NCBI GenBank assembly: GCA_012295275.1
Contig: CM022665.1
Coordinates: 41,416,001 to 41,480,000 of the forward strand
Length of the DNA stretch: 64,000 nt
Origin: Chrysomallon squamiferum
Lineage: Eukaryota > Animalia > Mollusca
Direction: 5' to 3'
Positions 52,826 through 64,000 of this stretch are shown in pieces; positions within the stretch are counted from its first letter, which is position 1; every line of letters begins with the position of its first letter. The notes beneath the pieces are model-generated. The model was given only the letters and a program-made list of their open reading frames with translations. It was not told the origin of the DNA and searched no databases. Both the position numbers and the translations under genes were made by a program.

Positions 52826-55760
52826 TGGTTTGACTGAAAACGGTACAGCTAACATCTCACATAGAAATATAAAACTTAATTTTTACATATTTTTACAAAT
52901 CATTGTTTCATTCATAGGGTCCACACTTTCCTAATAGTAAAGTCTGGAATTTAACAGTCTAGTTAAAAACTGTATTGTTTTTTTAACAAAGGAGCAGATT
53001 TTCATCATATTGTGTAGTATACAGGTGTCCCCTGATCTGTTTTAGAGTGTACAGTGACTGACAAATCCTTAAAAACATATTTTTGCAGATTTAAGATATT
53101 CTGTTGTGTTTCGAAAAGCTGTTTTAATTTCAAACGTGTCATTTGTGTCTTAACAAGTAACTGAGTTTTAGACTAAAATACCAGTGTTCATTGAACAAGT
53201 TCAAAGTATGTTAAGAAAATATTTGTTTTTATATTTATTTTATTTTTGTTGCTCTTGCTGCTGTTGTTGTTATTATTTTTATTAATTAATTAATTATTTT
53301 ATTATATTGTAAATAATTTGAAATAGTATAAATTGTGTTTTTTTACATTGATTTATTTTACTAAGTTCTGTTCTAATCATTATTATGAATTTATTACATA
53401 AGAATTACACTCAGTAGTCAGTTACAGTTTTGAGCTGGATTGCTATTTAAAAATAATAATTGTCATTTGTATTAACCATATAAGGAGATATTTGATTGCT
53501 GAATCTAGTACATTTTGTAATTTTGTAATGTATTTTTAAAATGTGGTTTTAACCTTTTAAGGAGTTCCATGATGGCAGAAACTAATATACAAGAAAAACC
53601 TGCTTAACATCATTTTAGCCTCTGTCAAATTTCCTTTTGTGCTGCTTTTCAAAATAAATTCCAACTGACATTATTATGTCAGTCATCAGTTACACGTCAT
53701 CATAATAAATAAATACATTTTTCCTCAAACATACATTTAAAATGAATAAAATACATAAAAATACGTAACTCCCCCGATTAAAATACAATAAAAACACATT
53801 AAAAACAGAAAAATAAGTATACAGAATAAAATATTTTAAGGTAAATAACATAATTTATTATTCTTCTATAAATTAAGACTTCTTTAAATCCTTTAATGCC
53901 TTAATTAATAAGCATTATATTATTTTGTGGTTTCTTTATGCTATTGTCAGATATTTGTCATCTTGCGTGAGGCATTATTAAGGGCAAATCGCAAAGAAAA
54001 ATGTTTTAATTTTATTAATTATGTTCATTGTTCTTTAAAATAAAAAAATACGATTAAAATGTGTTTCTAGAATTCTTCAAGGTTTAACAATAGTTATATT
54101 ATTTCATGGATTATTTATGCTTGTTTTATGCTGTTGTTATTTTTGAATCATTACCTCCAGTCTGTGTCACAAACTGGCTTATGTCGCAGCTTCTGGAATC
54201 GGTTGATGACACAGGATAGTATATAACTGTCTTTGCAAAAAAAAAAAAAAAAAAGCTGTTTTAACTAGTTCTGTTTTGGTGTGGGTGTATGACAAAGTCT
54301 TTTGAATGCCATAACTGCTTTTACTGTTGGTTTCACATTAATAACTTAAATATGACAACACCTTACTCAACAGTTTTTCACTATGACAACCAAGATAATG
54401 CGTACTCAGTAACCTTTAAAACAAAACCGATCTTCTATCTGGTAATACTACACAATAACAAATGGTAATAATAAGAATAACTGGAGCAGCAGCAACAACA
54501 ACAACAGCAGCAGCAATAATAATAATTTATAAAATAATAATAATAAAAATATTTATTAATATTTGTGGATATATTCAAATACATGATGAATAATTCAATC
54601 TTATAGGATTATGTTAACAATCTTTATATGACATGATATGATGAAAAAAAAAAAAAAAAAAACTTAGAAGCTACAGCTTATTTTTGTTGCTTCATATATA
54701 TATATATATATATACTGGTACACTCGTCTATTAGCAAAAGATACTGATAAACAAGTAAAACTGCCATTTGCAAGTAACACAAGTATACTTAAGTCTCTGC
54801 AAAAACCCATTATTTTCATCTCCGAGCTTCGTTTTTGTAAATAACCAATTTATTTTTATAATTCTTTGAATAAAATGTCCATTGGGTTAGTTAGTGCAGC
54901 ACTGGATTATAGCTGCTCTTAATGTTTTAATGTTCATGAAGGAAAAAAGAAAAAAAAATGTTTTTGTTTTGTGTTTGGTTAAGGGGATGGTTTTTTGCTT
55001 TCAACTATTTGTGAATCATATTCAAAGATTTAGTTCTCTTATTATTACTAACATTAATATTTCTGTTATTATTATTATTATTATTATTTTATTTCTTTTT
55101 AAATAGTAATTTTTTTCTAAAGTATTTGCAGAATGGTAATGCTTACAGCTGTGTAGGATTATATAAAATTATGTATATGTTAATAATAACATTGTGCATT
55201 TCTTTCTGTTAAATAATATTAGTATCCTTCTTTTTTCTTTCCTCTTCTTTTCCTTCTTTTCTAAAAATTTGTTATTTTTATTTTTTCAAATTCTTTTTAT
55301 TAATTTGTTTTTAATATTTTTTACCAGTGTGAATATATGCATCCATAAATTCATTTTAATAAAACAATTTCTTTTTTAAAAAGAGTTGAGAATTGTTTAT
55401 AGCAGATTAATTTAATTAGCTGTTACTGGTTCTGTGAAATTGGTGTTTTCTTAATTTGTTCATTTTGTCATGTATGCAGATGTAGATTGCAATTTAGAAA
55501 TACTTAGATATAGAATGAAATAAGTGTGTGACAGAGAGAGGAAGAAGAAGGGAGGAAGGGGAAAAGAGAAAATGAAAGAAGGTGAGAGAGAATGAGAGAT
55601 GGACAGAAGAGAGAAACAGAGACACAGAGACAGTTGAAAAGAGAGATAAAGACAGAGATATTGTTTTTTCTTCTTCTCAATTTTTTCTTTTTATTTCCTT
55701 TTTTATTATTATTATTTTTTTTTTTTTCAGATGATTTATGATTTGATTTTACTGTTTCAG

Positions 55761-55928
55761 GTTGTTTTGGCCAGCACTCCAGATCTTCAGTGTGGCTTTT
55801 CTCGAGATCTGTTCATTGCCTGGTGTGGAATTGCCAAAAACAGTGTCATCCTGACAACCAGAACCTCACCAGGCACCCTTGCAAGATGGCTCATAGACAA
55901 CCCACAGAACAAAACTGTTACCATGGAG
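55761..55928 (+). CDS. CPSF2: CPSF2/CPSF100 internal exon (beta-CASP region), 168 nt, phase 0-0
   Basis: tttcag|GTT...GAG|gtttgt. Encodes [56 protein letters not shown], matching recalled human CPSF2 [48 protein letters not shown]. Confidence 0.96.
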
Positions 55929-56394
55929 GTTTGTAATCACATCTTCACAAACAGTTACTAAGATACAAATAAACAGAGGTTAAGCTGAGAAAACACATAA
56001 ATAAAAATAGTAATGTTCTTGAGCTGTACGCTTAAGAAAATACATTTTTAAAAGATTTTTTTATTTTTTAATTATTATTTTTTTATTTTTTTTTTTTTTT
56101 TTTTATTAATTAATTATTATTAATTTTGTTAGTATTTGTTATAAATATTTTAATTATTTTATTATTATTATTATTGTTATTTTACTGTTTTGATTTTTTT
56201 TTTTTTTATTTTTTTTTTTTATTTATTTATCAAAGTGGGGTTCAGAAAAAAATCCTTCAAAAGAATTTTTGTCACTATAAATTCAGGATTTATTTCTGCT
56301 GGAGTCTTTTGGGTTTTTTTTCAAAGCCAAAAAAAACAGAAAAAAAGAAAGACACCTGTATAGTGACAGTCCACAATTTAATGTGCAAGGTTAC

Positions 56395-56480
56395 AGATAT
56401 TTTCAAGCCTATGGGAAAGCACATATAAATCATTTTTTCTTGCTGATAACTGCATATCATGACAGCTGATTTCTTTTCTT
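56395..56480 (+). mobile_element. Decayed SINE-like fragment
   Basis: TATGGGAAAGCACATATAAATCATTTTTTCTTGCTGATAAC. Confidence 0.45.
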
Positions 56481-56511
56481 TTCATCATAAAATTATGTGA
56501 TTAATGTTTAT

Positions 56512-56695
56512 CATTAAGGAAAATTTAAAAGTTATTCTTTTCAAAATTTGCTTTTGCTTACATTTAAAATGAACAATTATTTATGTTAAATATGTTTATT
56601 TTTTTTTACTTTATTTACATATGAAGGAACATTAAGGAAAAATTAAAAGTTATTCTTTTCAAAATTTGCTTTTGCTTTCATTTAAAATGAACACT
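56512..56695. repeat. Tandem duplication, ~117-bp period
   Basis: CATTAAGGAAAA(T/A)TTAAAAGTTATTCTTTTCAAAATTTGCTTTTGCTT(A/T)CATTTAAAATGAACA occurs twice. Confidence 0.85.
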
Positions 56696-56921
56696 TACTT
56701 TCCTGGATATATGAACATTAACAAAAAATTGTGTAGGTTGATATATTTTTTTAAAACTTGCATTTGCCTTCATATATAACCATTAGATTTTTTATAACAT
56801 TACAAAAAAAACTTTAAAACTTTTTAATTTTTTTTTTATGAAACTTGTGTTTCACTGATGAAAGTGTTTATAAAATAATAACTATGATGTAAATGGTGTG
56901 TCTTTTTTTTGTTATTGACAG

Positions 56922-57025
56922 GTTCGAAGGCGTGTGAAGTTAGAAGGATCAGAACTGGAAGACTTCATGTCAAAAAAACACCAGAAAGAAGCCAGCGAAG
57001 CTAAATTGAAATCAGAAGCTAAAAT
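56922..57025 (+). CDS. CPSF2: CPSF2 exon, 104 nt, phase 0-2
   Basis: ttgacag|GTT...AT|gtaaaa. Encodes VRRRVKLEGSELEDFMSKKHQKEASEAKLKSEAK (human LRKRVKLEGKELEEY). Not in the ORF track. Confidence 0.93.
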
Positions 57026-57171
57026 GTAAAATTTTACTCATTTCTTCTTCTTCTTCTCTTTTTTTCAATATAGCTTTTTCTCTATTTTATTCTTATTATT
57101 TTTGTATTATTTTTGTTTTTTGTTTTATTTTATTTTATTTTATTATTTTATTATTTACATCATTTTTTGGG

Positions 57172-57310
57172 GAGTGGGGTCTGTAGCCAAGGCATGACTA
57201 GTCAAAAAAATCAATTCAAAATAATTCCCATTCTAGTTAATGCTCACAAACTGATGTAATCTGCTTATGGGAAGGTGCATACACAGAAAATTCTTCTGCT
57301 GCTAATCTTT
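57172..57310 (+). mobile_element. Decayed SINE-like copy
   Basis: TTCCCATTCTAG...TATGGGAAGGTGCATACACAGAAAATTCTTCTGCTGCTAATC. The upstream GTGGGGTCTGTAGCCAAGG may be a remnant tRNA-like head. Confidence 0.6.
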
Positions 57311-58412
57311 TTAATTTTTAGAATTTCTTTTTTTCTTTTTTTTAATTAGAGTTTTGAAAGCTTTATTGTTTTGGACATTCATTTTGTCATGTGTGGAATA
57401 CCGAAATTATCATCTGAAAATAAAAAATACATATATATATATATATATGTATATATATAAAAATATTAATAATATTCTTCAGACGGGCACCATAAGTCAA
57501 AAAACATTAAGCAGTAAATTAACATCAATGACTGCTTTAAGACACTAATGAAATTTCAAATATTTTCAGCCATCCCTTTGTGTGGTGTTGACATATTACC
57601 TATCATTATTTCACGTTATGTGAATTTATTTTGTAGTAGTTTTTTTTTTTGCCTGGGGAATTACACAAACAAACATTTATAAAGCGGGAGAAATGTCTTT
57701 ATCAAAACCATCGGCGAAACAATCAGCATGTGTTGTTTGTTAAAACTGTGGAACAAGTCACTGTGTTTAAATAGTTACTTCATCAAGTAATGAAAATTAC
57801 TCATAAAGTGAAACTGTATCATGCACCGAGAATGCTAATGTCATTCAGTACTTTTTTTTTTTTTTTACAAAACTTTAAAATACATGTATAGCCAGCAATT
57901 GATTATTCAGTGGTTCGTTCATTTAGTCTCCCTTGCACTCGCTAACTCATGCACTCACTTGCTCACTTACTCAATTGTACTCAATTTTCTTAAAAATACC
58001 AACTCACTCTGATAGACAGACAAGACAACATGACTGATTAATTAATTAATTAATTAATTTCAAAATGGTGGCTGAATGAAAGTTCTTGTTTGATCTGTGA
58101 CCCAAAAAAGAAATGTGTTCAGTAAATATTTAATGGGCTAGAGTTTTATTTAACTTTTTTTTTTTTTTTTTAATCAGGGCTATTTTAATTATTAAACTGT
58201 AAGGTAATAAAGTAATATTATTTTTTTATTTGATTATTTCCAGCACAAATGAATACTGGCTGATTTACAATATGGAATTTGTAGTGGTGGTGTAAAACCA
58301 AGTTCTCTTCTTAAAATTCTTCTTCTTCTGCTTCTTCTTTTTGTTGTTCTTCTTGTTTGTGTTGTTGCTACTGCTGTTGTTGTTATTATTATTATTGTCA
58401 TCATTATTTCAG

Positions 58413-58518
58413 TGAGGAAGATGAGTCCAGTGAGGAGAGTGAGCCAGAGATGGAAGTTGAGAATATATTTCCAATGAAAACAGTCAAAGGAAAACACGAC
58501 CTGATGATGAAGAGTGAG
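58413..58518 (+). CDS. CPSF2: CPSF2 exon, 106 nt, phase 2-0 (acidic/Ser linker)
   Basis: atttcag|T GAG...GAG|gtgtgt. Encodes (I)EEDESSEESEPEMEVENIFPMKTVKGKHDLMMKSE (human SSDESD...KHDLMMKGE). Phase fits both neighbouring exons. Confidence 0.93.
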
Positions 58519-59580
58519 GTGTGTGATCGTTTCAAAAATACAATCTGTATTAAATCTGTGTTTTAGTCCTTGAATTTGTCTAGTCATTTTCCTACATGCT
58601 AAATATCTGAAGTATAATATTAATATTTCATTGATAAGGAACGTTTAAAAAGAAAAGCCCACGAAATGTTCAAAGAATATTATTTATTACCACGTATGTC
58701 AGATGTTTCAGCTGCAAGTAATAATGTTTAAATAAAACAGTTTTAAACATTGAAGCACAGAAACTCTTTGAAGTATAGTGTTGAAGTCCTTTGTCTTTTC
58801 CATGTATGCAAAATGTTACATATATTTTTGTGTCAATTAAATTTATTTAATGAAGTCATTGAACTCAGCAGTAATATTTCTAGTATAGTAAATTTATATA
58901 ATATTAAAGTAGTGATGCAGAAACATAGCATAAAGTGTTTAAAACATGTCTTTATCACTGCAAAATTTAAAAATTACACACACACACACACACACACAGA
59001 CATACACAGACATACACATATTATATATTAACACGTGTAGATAACAAACATATACATTATGCAAAAAAATGGCCTAAATAAAATTATGCACTTATTATTT
59101 CTTTCTATTTCAGTATTTATTTATTTATTTATTTATTTAATGTATTTGTTATTGTTGTGTTTCTTATTTCTTTTTGTACAAGATCAGTCTGAACAATAAT
59201 AAAACATGACAACAACATAAACAAGTCTAAAAAAAGACCCGAAATCTGCCATTTTGCTTTTATTTCCATTTGTGTTTAAGTTACAATAGTAAAAAAAAAC
59301 AAAAACAAAAACAAAAACAAAAAAAAAAGATGTAGTAACTTTTGCTTGTTTATCTTCATCAAGAATTAGTAAACTATCTGCAAAACTGCTGAATCAGGGT
59401 TTTTTTTTTTTTTTTTTGCAAAATATGTTTAGCATTTCTTGGCTAATATGCAAGGAAAGAAATAAAAGATGGCAGCTTTCATGAATCACAGCCCACTTAC
59501 AATCATTTGCAAACTCGTAAAAATAACATGCCTGAAATAAACACTGGGCTGTTTTCAAATTGTTTTTTTTATGTTTTCAG

Positions 59581-59684
59581 GGTAAGAGTCGAACTGGTTT
59601 TTTCAAACAAGCTAAGAAGTCGCATCCCATGTACCCATACCACGAAGAGAAAATAAAATGGGACGAATATGGAGAGTTTATCAA
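59581..59684 (+). CDS. CPSF2: CPSF2 exon, 104 nt, phase 0-2; encodes the conserved segment that tethers CPSF100 to CPSF160-WDR33 (PIM)
   Basis: ttttcag|GGT...AA|gtacgc. Encodes [34 protein letters not shown] (human [34 protein letters not shown]). Confidence 0.95.
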
Positions 59685-60055
59685 GTACGCCATTTTGTGA
59701 CAGACAAATAGTATTCAGTTATTTCTGTTCTGTTTCAGGTTTTTGTTGTCGTATTAGTGGAGTTGTTTTTGTTTGTTTAATTTGTTGTTTTTTGGGGGGG
59801 GGGTTTTAAGAGTGGTTTCATAGATGGGGGTTGTGTTTTTTATTTTTTTTTTTTAAAGGAGAATTTTTTTTGTTTTTTTTTAAATTATTATTACTAATTT
59901 TGTTGTTGTTATTGTTAAAAAAAATTTTGTTATATCATTTATTTATTTTTATTTATTTATGTATTTATTTATTTTTATCAGCTTATTGTAGTACAGAAGT
60001 AAATGACTAAATGTTTAAAAAATATCTACATATTTTATTATAATAACATTTTGCA

Positions 60056-60195
60056 TGAAACCAGCTCTGTCACACTAGAGATTGCTTTTAACAGCAAGCA
60101 AATTATTTATGCAAGCACCTTCCCTTAGACTGTAAAACACAAAACACATTATTCATTACACCAGTCATGAATTACTGGGCAGAACATGATAGCCA
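60056..60195 (-). mobile_element. Decayed SINE-like copy
   Basis: Plus strand TTAACAGCAAGC...GCACCTTCCCTTAGACTGTAAAACACA...ACACCAGTCATGAATTACTGGGCAGAAC is the reverse complement of the shared core. Confidence 0.65.
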
Positions 60196-61346
60196 CCACT
60201 TCTCAGTCCACTTTTGCACTACTTGTGAATTTTTCATACACATTTGTTATTCAGTATATTTTGATAAAACAGTGTGGCCTTTGGCCATCATAAATATTTA
60301 TGTGTTCAAAGTCAATGTCTTAAGGAAATCGATGATTATTAATTTATTAATATTTTATCTGTATTTTTTCTTTCTTTTTTTCTTCTTCTTGTTTTTAAAA
60401 ATTCTCTGAAATATGTTTCAGTTTCTTCTGATATTTTTTTAGTTACTTTTTTTTTTTTTTTTTTTTTTTTTAAAAACAAAAATTAAATCTTTCTTTACCT
60501 TGCTGAAAGATTTATCTTTTTTTTTTTTTTTTTTATATCATTTTATATTGTTACTGTTGCTGAAATTTGTGGTTGTGATTTTTATTTATTTATTTATTTA
60601 TGTATTTTTTTTTTTTTTTGAAAAAGTTTAGCAGTTTTATCTTTCAGTTAATTTCTTTTTTCATTCTCTTTTTTTTTAAAACAAAATGTATTTTACTCGG
60701 TCTTCATTTACATAATATGGTGATCGTCAACAGCAAGCAGTTAATATTGTTTTTCTGATCAGACACAAGGTTCTATTCATTACGCAGTTAATAAGATAAC
60801 AGAAATATCCATTTAAAACAGCAGACATGCTTCTTTATCATTTTTACATCAGTAAGTGCAATTTCAGAAAAAGTGACAAAGTATATTTAAGAGTCAAATC
60901 CATTACCTAAGTTTTTTGGACCAAAATTAACCATTCTCTTGGCTCGAAATGAACAGTAACACACAAAGACATTCATTAACTCACATGTAAGTTTGATGTA
61001 ATTACAAGTAGTGCAGGTCTGCAAGTTATTAGCTCACTGGGGATTGCACGATACTAAATTAATACCCACTGGGGACAATGTTAATTTTGTTCAATCTAGC
61101 TGACATTAGTAACATATATTTTTCTTTTCATGTTTTTTTTTTTTTTTTTTTTTTTTTTTTTGTTTTGTTTTGTAAATTTCCTAGTTTTTCTTTTGTGGAA
61201 AAAAAAAAAAAAAAAAAAAAAAACAAACAAACAATTAAAAAAAAAAAAAAAAAATAATAATAATAACAAAGAACAGCAACAATTCAGTATTACAATTCAG
61301 TTGTTTTTTTTTTTTTTTTGGTTATAATATTTTTTATTATTTTTTA

Positions 61347-61397
<51 letters not shown>

Positions 61398-61541
61398 GAA
61401 TTAGTGTAGGACATGTTTTATAAATGCAAAACTGAAAAACTAAAATAATTTTGGTTTTGTTTGTTTTTGTTTTTATTTCACATTTTATTTCATATTATTT
61501 TTTATTTTATTTTATTTATTATTATTTTATTTTATTTAGTT

Positions 61542-61591
<50 letters not shown>

Positions 61592-61777
61592 TTTATTTAA
61601 ATATTTATTTATTTATTTATCATTATTATTTTTTATTATTATTATTTTACTTCCAAATAACCACAATATTCAATTGGTAATTCTACACAGAAAGTAAAAA
61701 ACTAACATACAAAAATAATGAGTTTGAAATAAAAAATGAAGTGATGATATTAAAAATACTTTTTTTTTTATTTACAG

Positions 61778-61835
61778 ACTGGAAGATTTTCTTATACTGG
61801 ACATGATTACTTGTCAGGAAGAAGAGAAAAAAGAA
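61778..61835 (+). CDS. CPSF2: CPSF2 exon, 58 nt, phase 2-0
   Basis: tttacag|A CTG...GAA|gtgagt. Encodes (K)LEDFLILDMITCQEEEKKE (human KPEDFLVPELQATEEEK). Confidence 0.9.
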
Positions 61836-61853
61836 GTGAGTTTTTGTTTGGGT

Positions 61854-61898
<45 letters not shown>

Positions 61899-61943
61899 TT
61901 TTTTTGTTGCTGGGACTTTTTTTCATTCTTTTTTATTCTATTA

Positions 61944-61974
<31 letters not shown>

Positions 61975-62101
61975 CTTGTTTTTATTTATTTATTTATTTA
62001 TTGTTTTCATTTTTTTTAATTTGTATGTTTGTTTTGTTATTTATTTATTTATTTTTATTATTGTTATTGTAATTTTTATTGAGTTTGTCTTATTTTTACA
62101 G

Positions 62102-62135
62102 ATTGAGACGACAACAACAGAAGAGATACAGAAAG
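62102..62135 (+). CDS. CPSF2: CPSF2 short exon, 34 nt, phase 0-1
   Basis: tttttacag|ATT...AAAG|gtaaaa. Encodes IETTTTEEIQK. A phase 0-1 exon is needed to join the phase-0 donor at 61835 to the phase-1 acceptor at 63202. Confidence 0.85.
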
Positions 62136-62368
62136 GTAAAATACAAATGTGTGTGTGTGCGTGTGTGAATGTGTTCAGTAAATAGATAAATAAAACAATT
62201 TCTAATTCTTTTATCTTGCATAAGTAAACAAAAATTAAAAAAAAAATAACTAATAATAACATTGCTTTCATTTTAATCATAAACTTTTCTCACTTTGCAT
62301 AATTACAAATTAGTTTTATTAAACATAATGTCTCTCCAAAATAAATATTATAAAAATGTTATTTTACT

Positions 62369-62420
<52 letters not shown>

Positions 62421-63029
62421 GTGTATAGATATATGTGTATAGATGTGTGTGTGTGTGTGTGTGTGTGTATGTATATCTGTCTATATGTATGTGTGTGTGT
62501 GTGTGTGTTACACATAAAATCTCTCCCACTAAATTTGAAGATTATCTTCGATCGCTTTCAAGATGTTTTTGATTAACTTGTGTGTCACTGAACTTTCATA
62601 CAACCTGTTTCTCCATGACCTTTCCAGGTCCTATTCTGAGAGACCCTCTCACTCACAAATTGATCACTAAGTTATTATTTCTTCCAAATTGGATTACTTG
62701 CAAGTCGCAAACACTAATATTTCAAAGACAAGAAGTGTGAAAAATCTATAAAACATAGTCAGAACTCATAATTTAAAAGGTATTGGTGACTTGTCTTGTG
62801 TGCATTCCCATCTCGTTCAAAATTTGTATGCAGAATTAGACGTCTGCTTATTAGTTGTATTTTAATTTAATGTGGTAGTGGGTTGGGGTGGATAGTGTCT
62901 GAAGACAGAGGTTGTCTGTGTGAAGAATGATACTAGAAAGAATAAGTAATCAAGTCCTTTTTAATTTGTTAAAATTATTTTTAAAAATTCATCAATGTTT
63001 AAGATGTCGTTTTTTGCCTATCTTGAACA

Positions 63030-63064
<35 letters not shown>

Positions 63065-63073
63065 CTTTCTTGA

Positions 63074-63105
<32 letters not shown>

Positions 63106-63201
63106 TTGTACAGAATAAAAATAATAAAAAAGATTGTAATTTCTAGACTTTTTTTTTTATCTATTTCACTCAATTTTCCTTTTTGATTTGTTTTGAAACA
63201 G

Positions 63202-63344
63202 AAGTGTCTGAAGTGCCAACCAAGTGCATCTCTTCCAACGTGACACTGGATGTCAATGCGAGTGTGCTGTACATAGACTTCGAGGGTCGATCAGATGGTG
63301 ACTCTATCAGAAAACTGTTGGCCCAGGTTAAACCAAGACAACTG
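63202..63344 (+). CDS. CPSF2: CPSF2 exon, 143 nt, phase 1-0; the gene continues beyond the window
   Basis: aaacag|AA GTG...CTG|gtacgt. Encodes (E)[47 protein letters not shown] (human LSDVPTKCIS...[27 protein letters not shown]). Confidence 0.96.
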
Positions 63345-63351
63345 GTACGTT

Positions 63352-63400
<49 letters not shown>

Positions 63401-63465
63401 GCATATAAATATATCTAAGATGTGTGTGTGTGTGTTTTTTTCACATTTTTTAGGTATTTTTAGAA

Positions 63466-63471
<6 letters not shown>

Positions 63472-63555
<84 letters not shown>
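63472..63555. repeat. (GA)n microsatellite in a CPSF2 intron
   Basis: Read directly from the sequence. Confidence 0.97.
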
Positions 63556-63559
<4 letters not shown>

Positions 63560-64000
63560 AGAAGGGAAGGGGAGAGAGTGAGGGATGGGGGAGAGTGAGA
63601 ATGTGAGTATGTTTGAATGCAAAGTGATGAGAAACAGAGATAGTAATTTAGGTTATGAAGAAAAGATCAGAGAGTGGATTTGAGAGTAAGAGAGTGTTTA
63701 ATAAAGATGGTTTCATTCGGTATTATGCCACTTCCCGTTTGATTTTTTTCTCAAAATAAAAAATTTAATGTGCCAGAGTTTAAATCAAACTAGCATATAG
63801 AGATCCACCTGAATAGCACTTTCCTGTATGCATTTACATATTTATAAGAACAGTTTCATTATTAAAGAATTTTTATGACCTTTATGAAATGTAGCTTGAC
63901 TTAATTCAGAATAATGTAGAGAGGTTTAACTTCACTTTATAGAATGTATATGCATATATGTGTTTGTTTGTGTGTGTGTGTGCAAAGACAAAGAATAATT

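Noticed and set aside
63345-63622. ORF extension CVCV...ERERER after the last exon, and the antisense SL-repeat ORF
   Set aside because: Read-through into intronic (TG)n/(GA)n. Homology to CPSF2 stops exactly at the GTACGT donor.

Overview
AT-rich, microsatellite-dense, intron-containing animal genomic DNA. It is probably a mollusc, inferred from a recalled SINE core and not proven. The only gene I can support is a central part of CPSF2 (CPSF100, pre-mRNA 3'-end processing factor) on the + strand. It has seven GT-AG exons between 55761 and 63344 whose phases join into one open frame ([18 protein letters not shown]...[13 protein letters not shown]...WDEYGE...[14 protein letters not shown]...KPRQL). 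I found no upstream CPSF2 exon in the preceding 55.7 kb, so that stretch appears to be one giant intron, whereas the downstream introns are 0.27-2.1 kb. The giant intron alternates low-complexity DNA with 200-600 bp complex islands. It contains a consensus recursive-splice-like site (TTTCAG|GTAAGA, 31168/9), a strong CTCF-like motif (48839), a CpG-enriched TATA-containing patch (45.2-45.7 kb), several old degenerate local tandem arrays and two minisatellites. About 10 decayed copies of one SINE-like family occur across the window. Apart from those overlapping CPSF2 exons, the supplied ORFs look like low-complexity artefacts. No prokaryotic-type system (e.g. CRISPR) is present.
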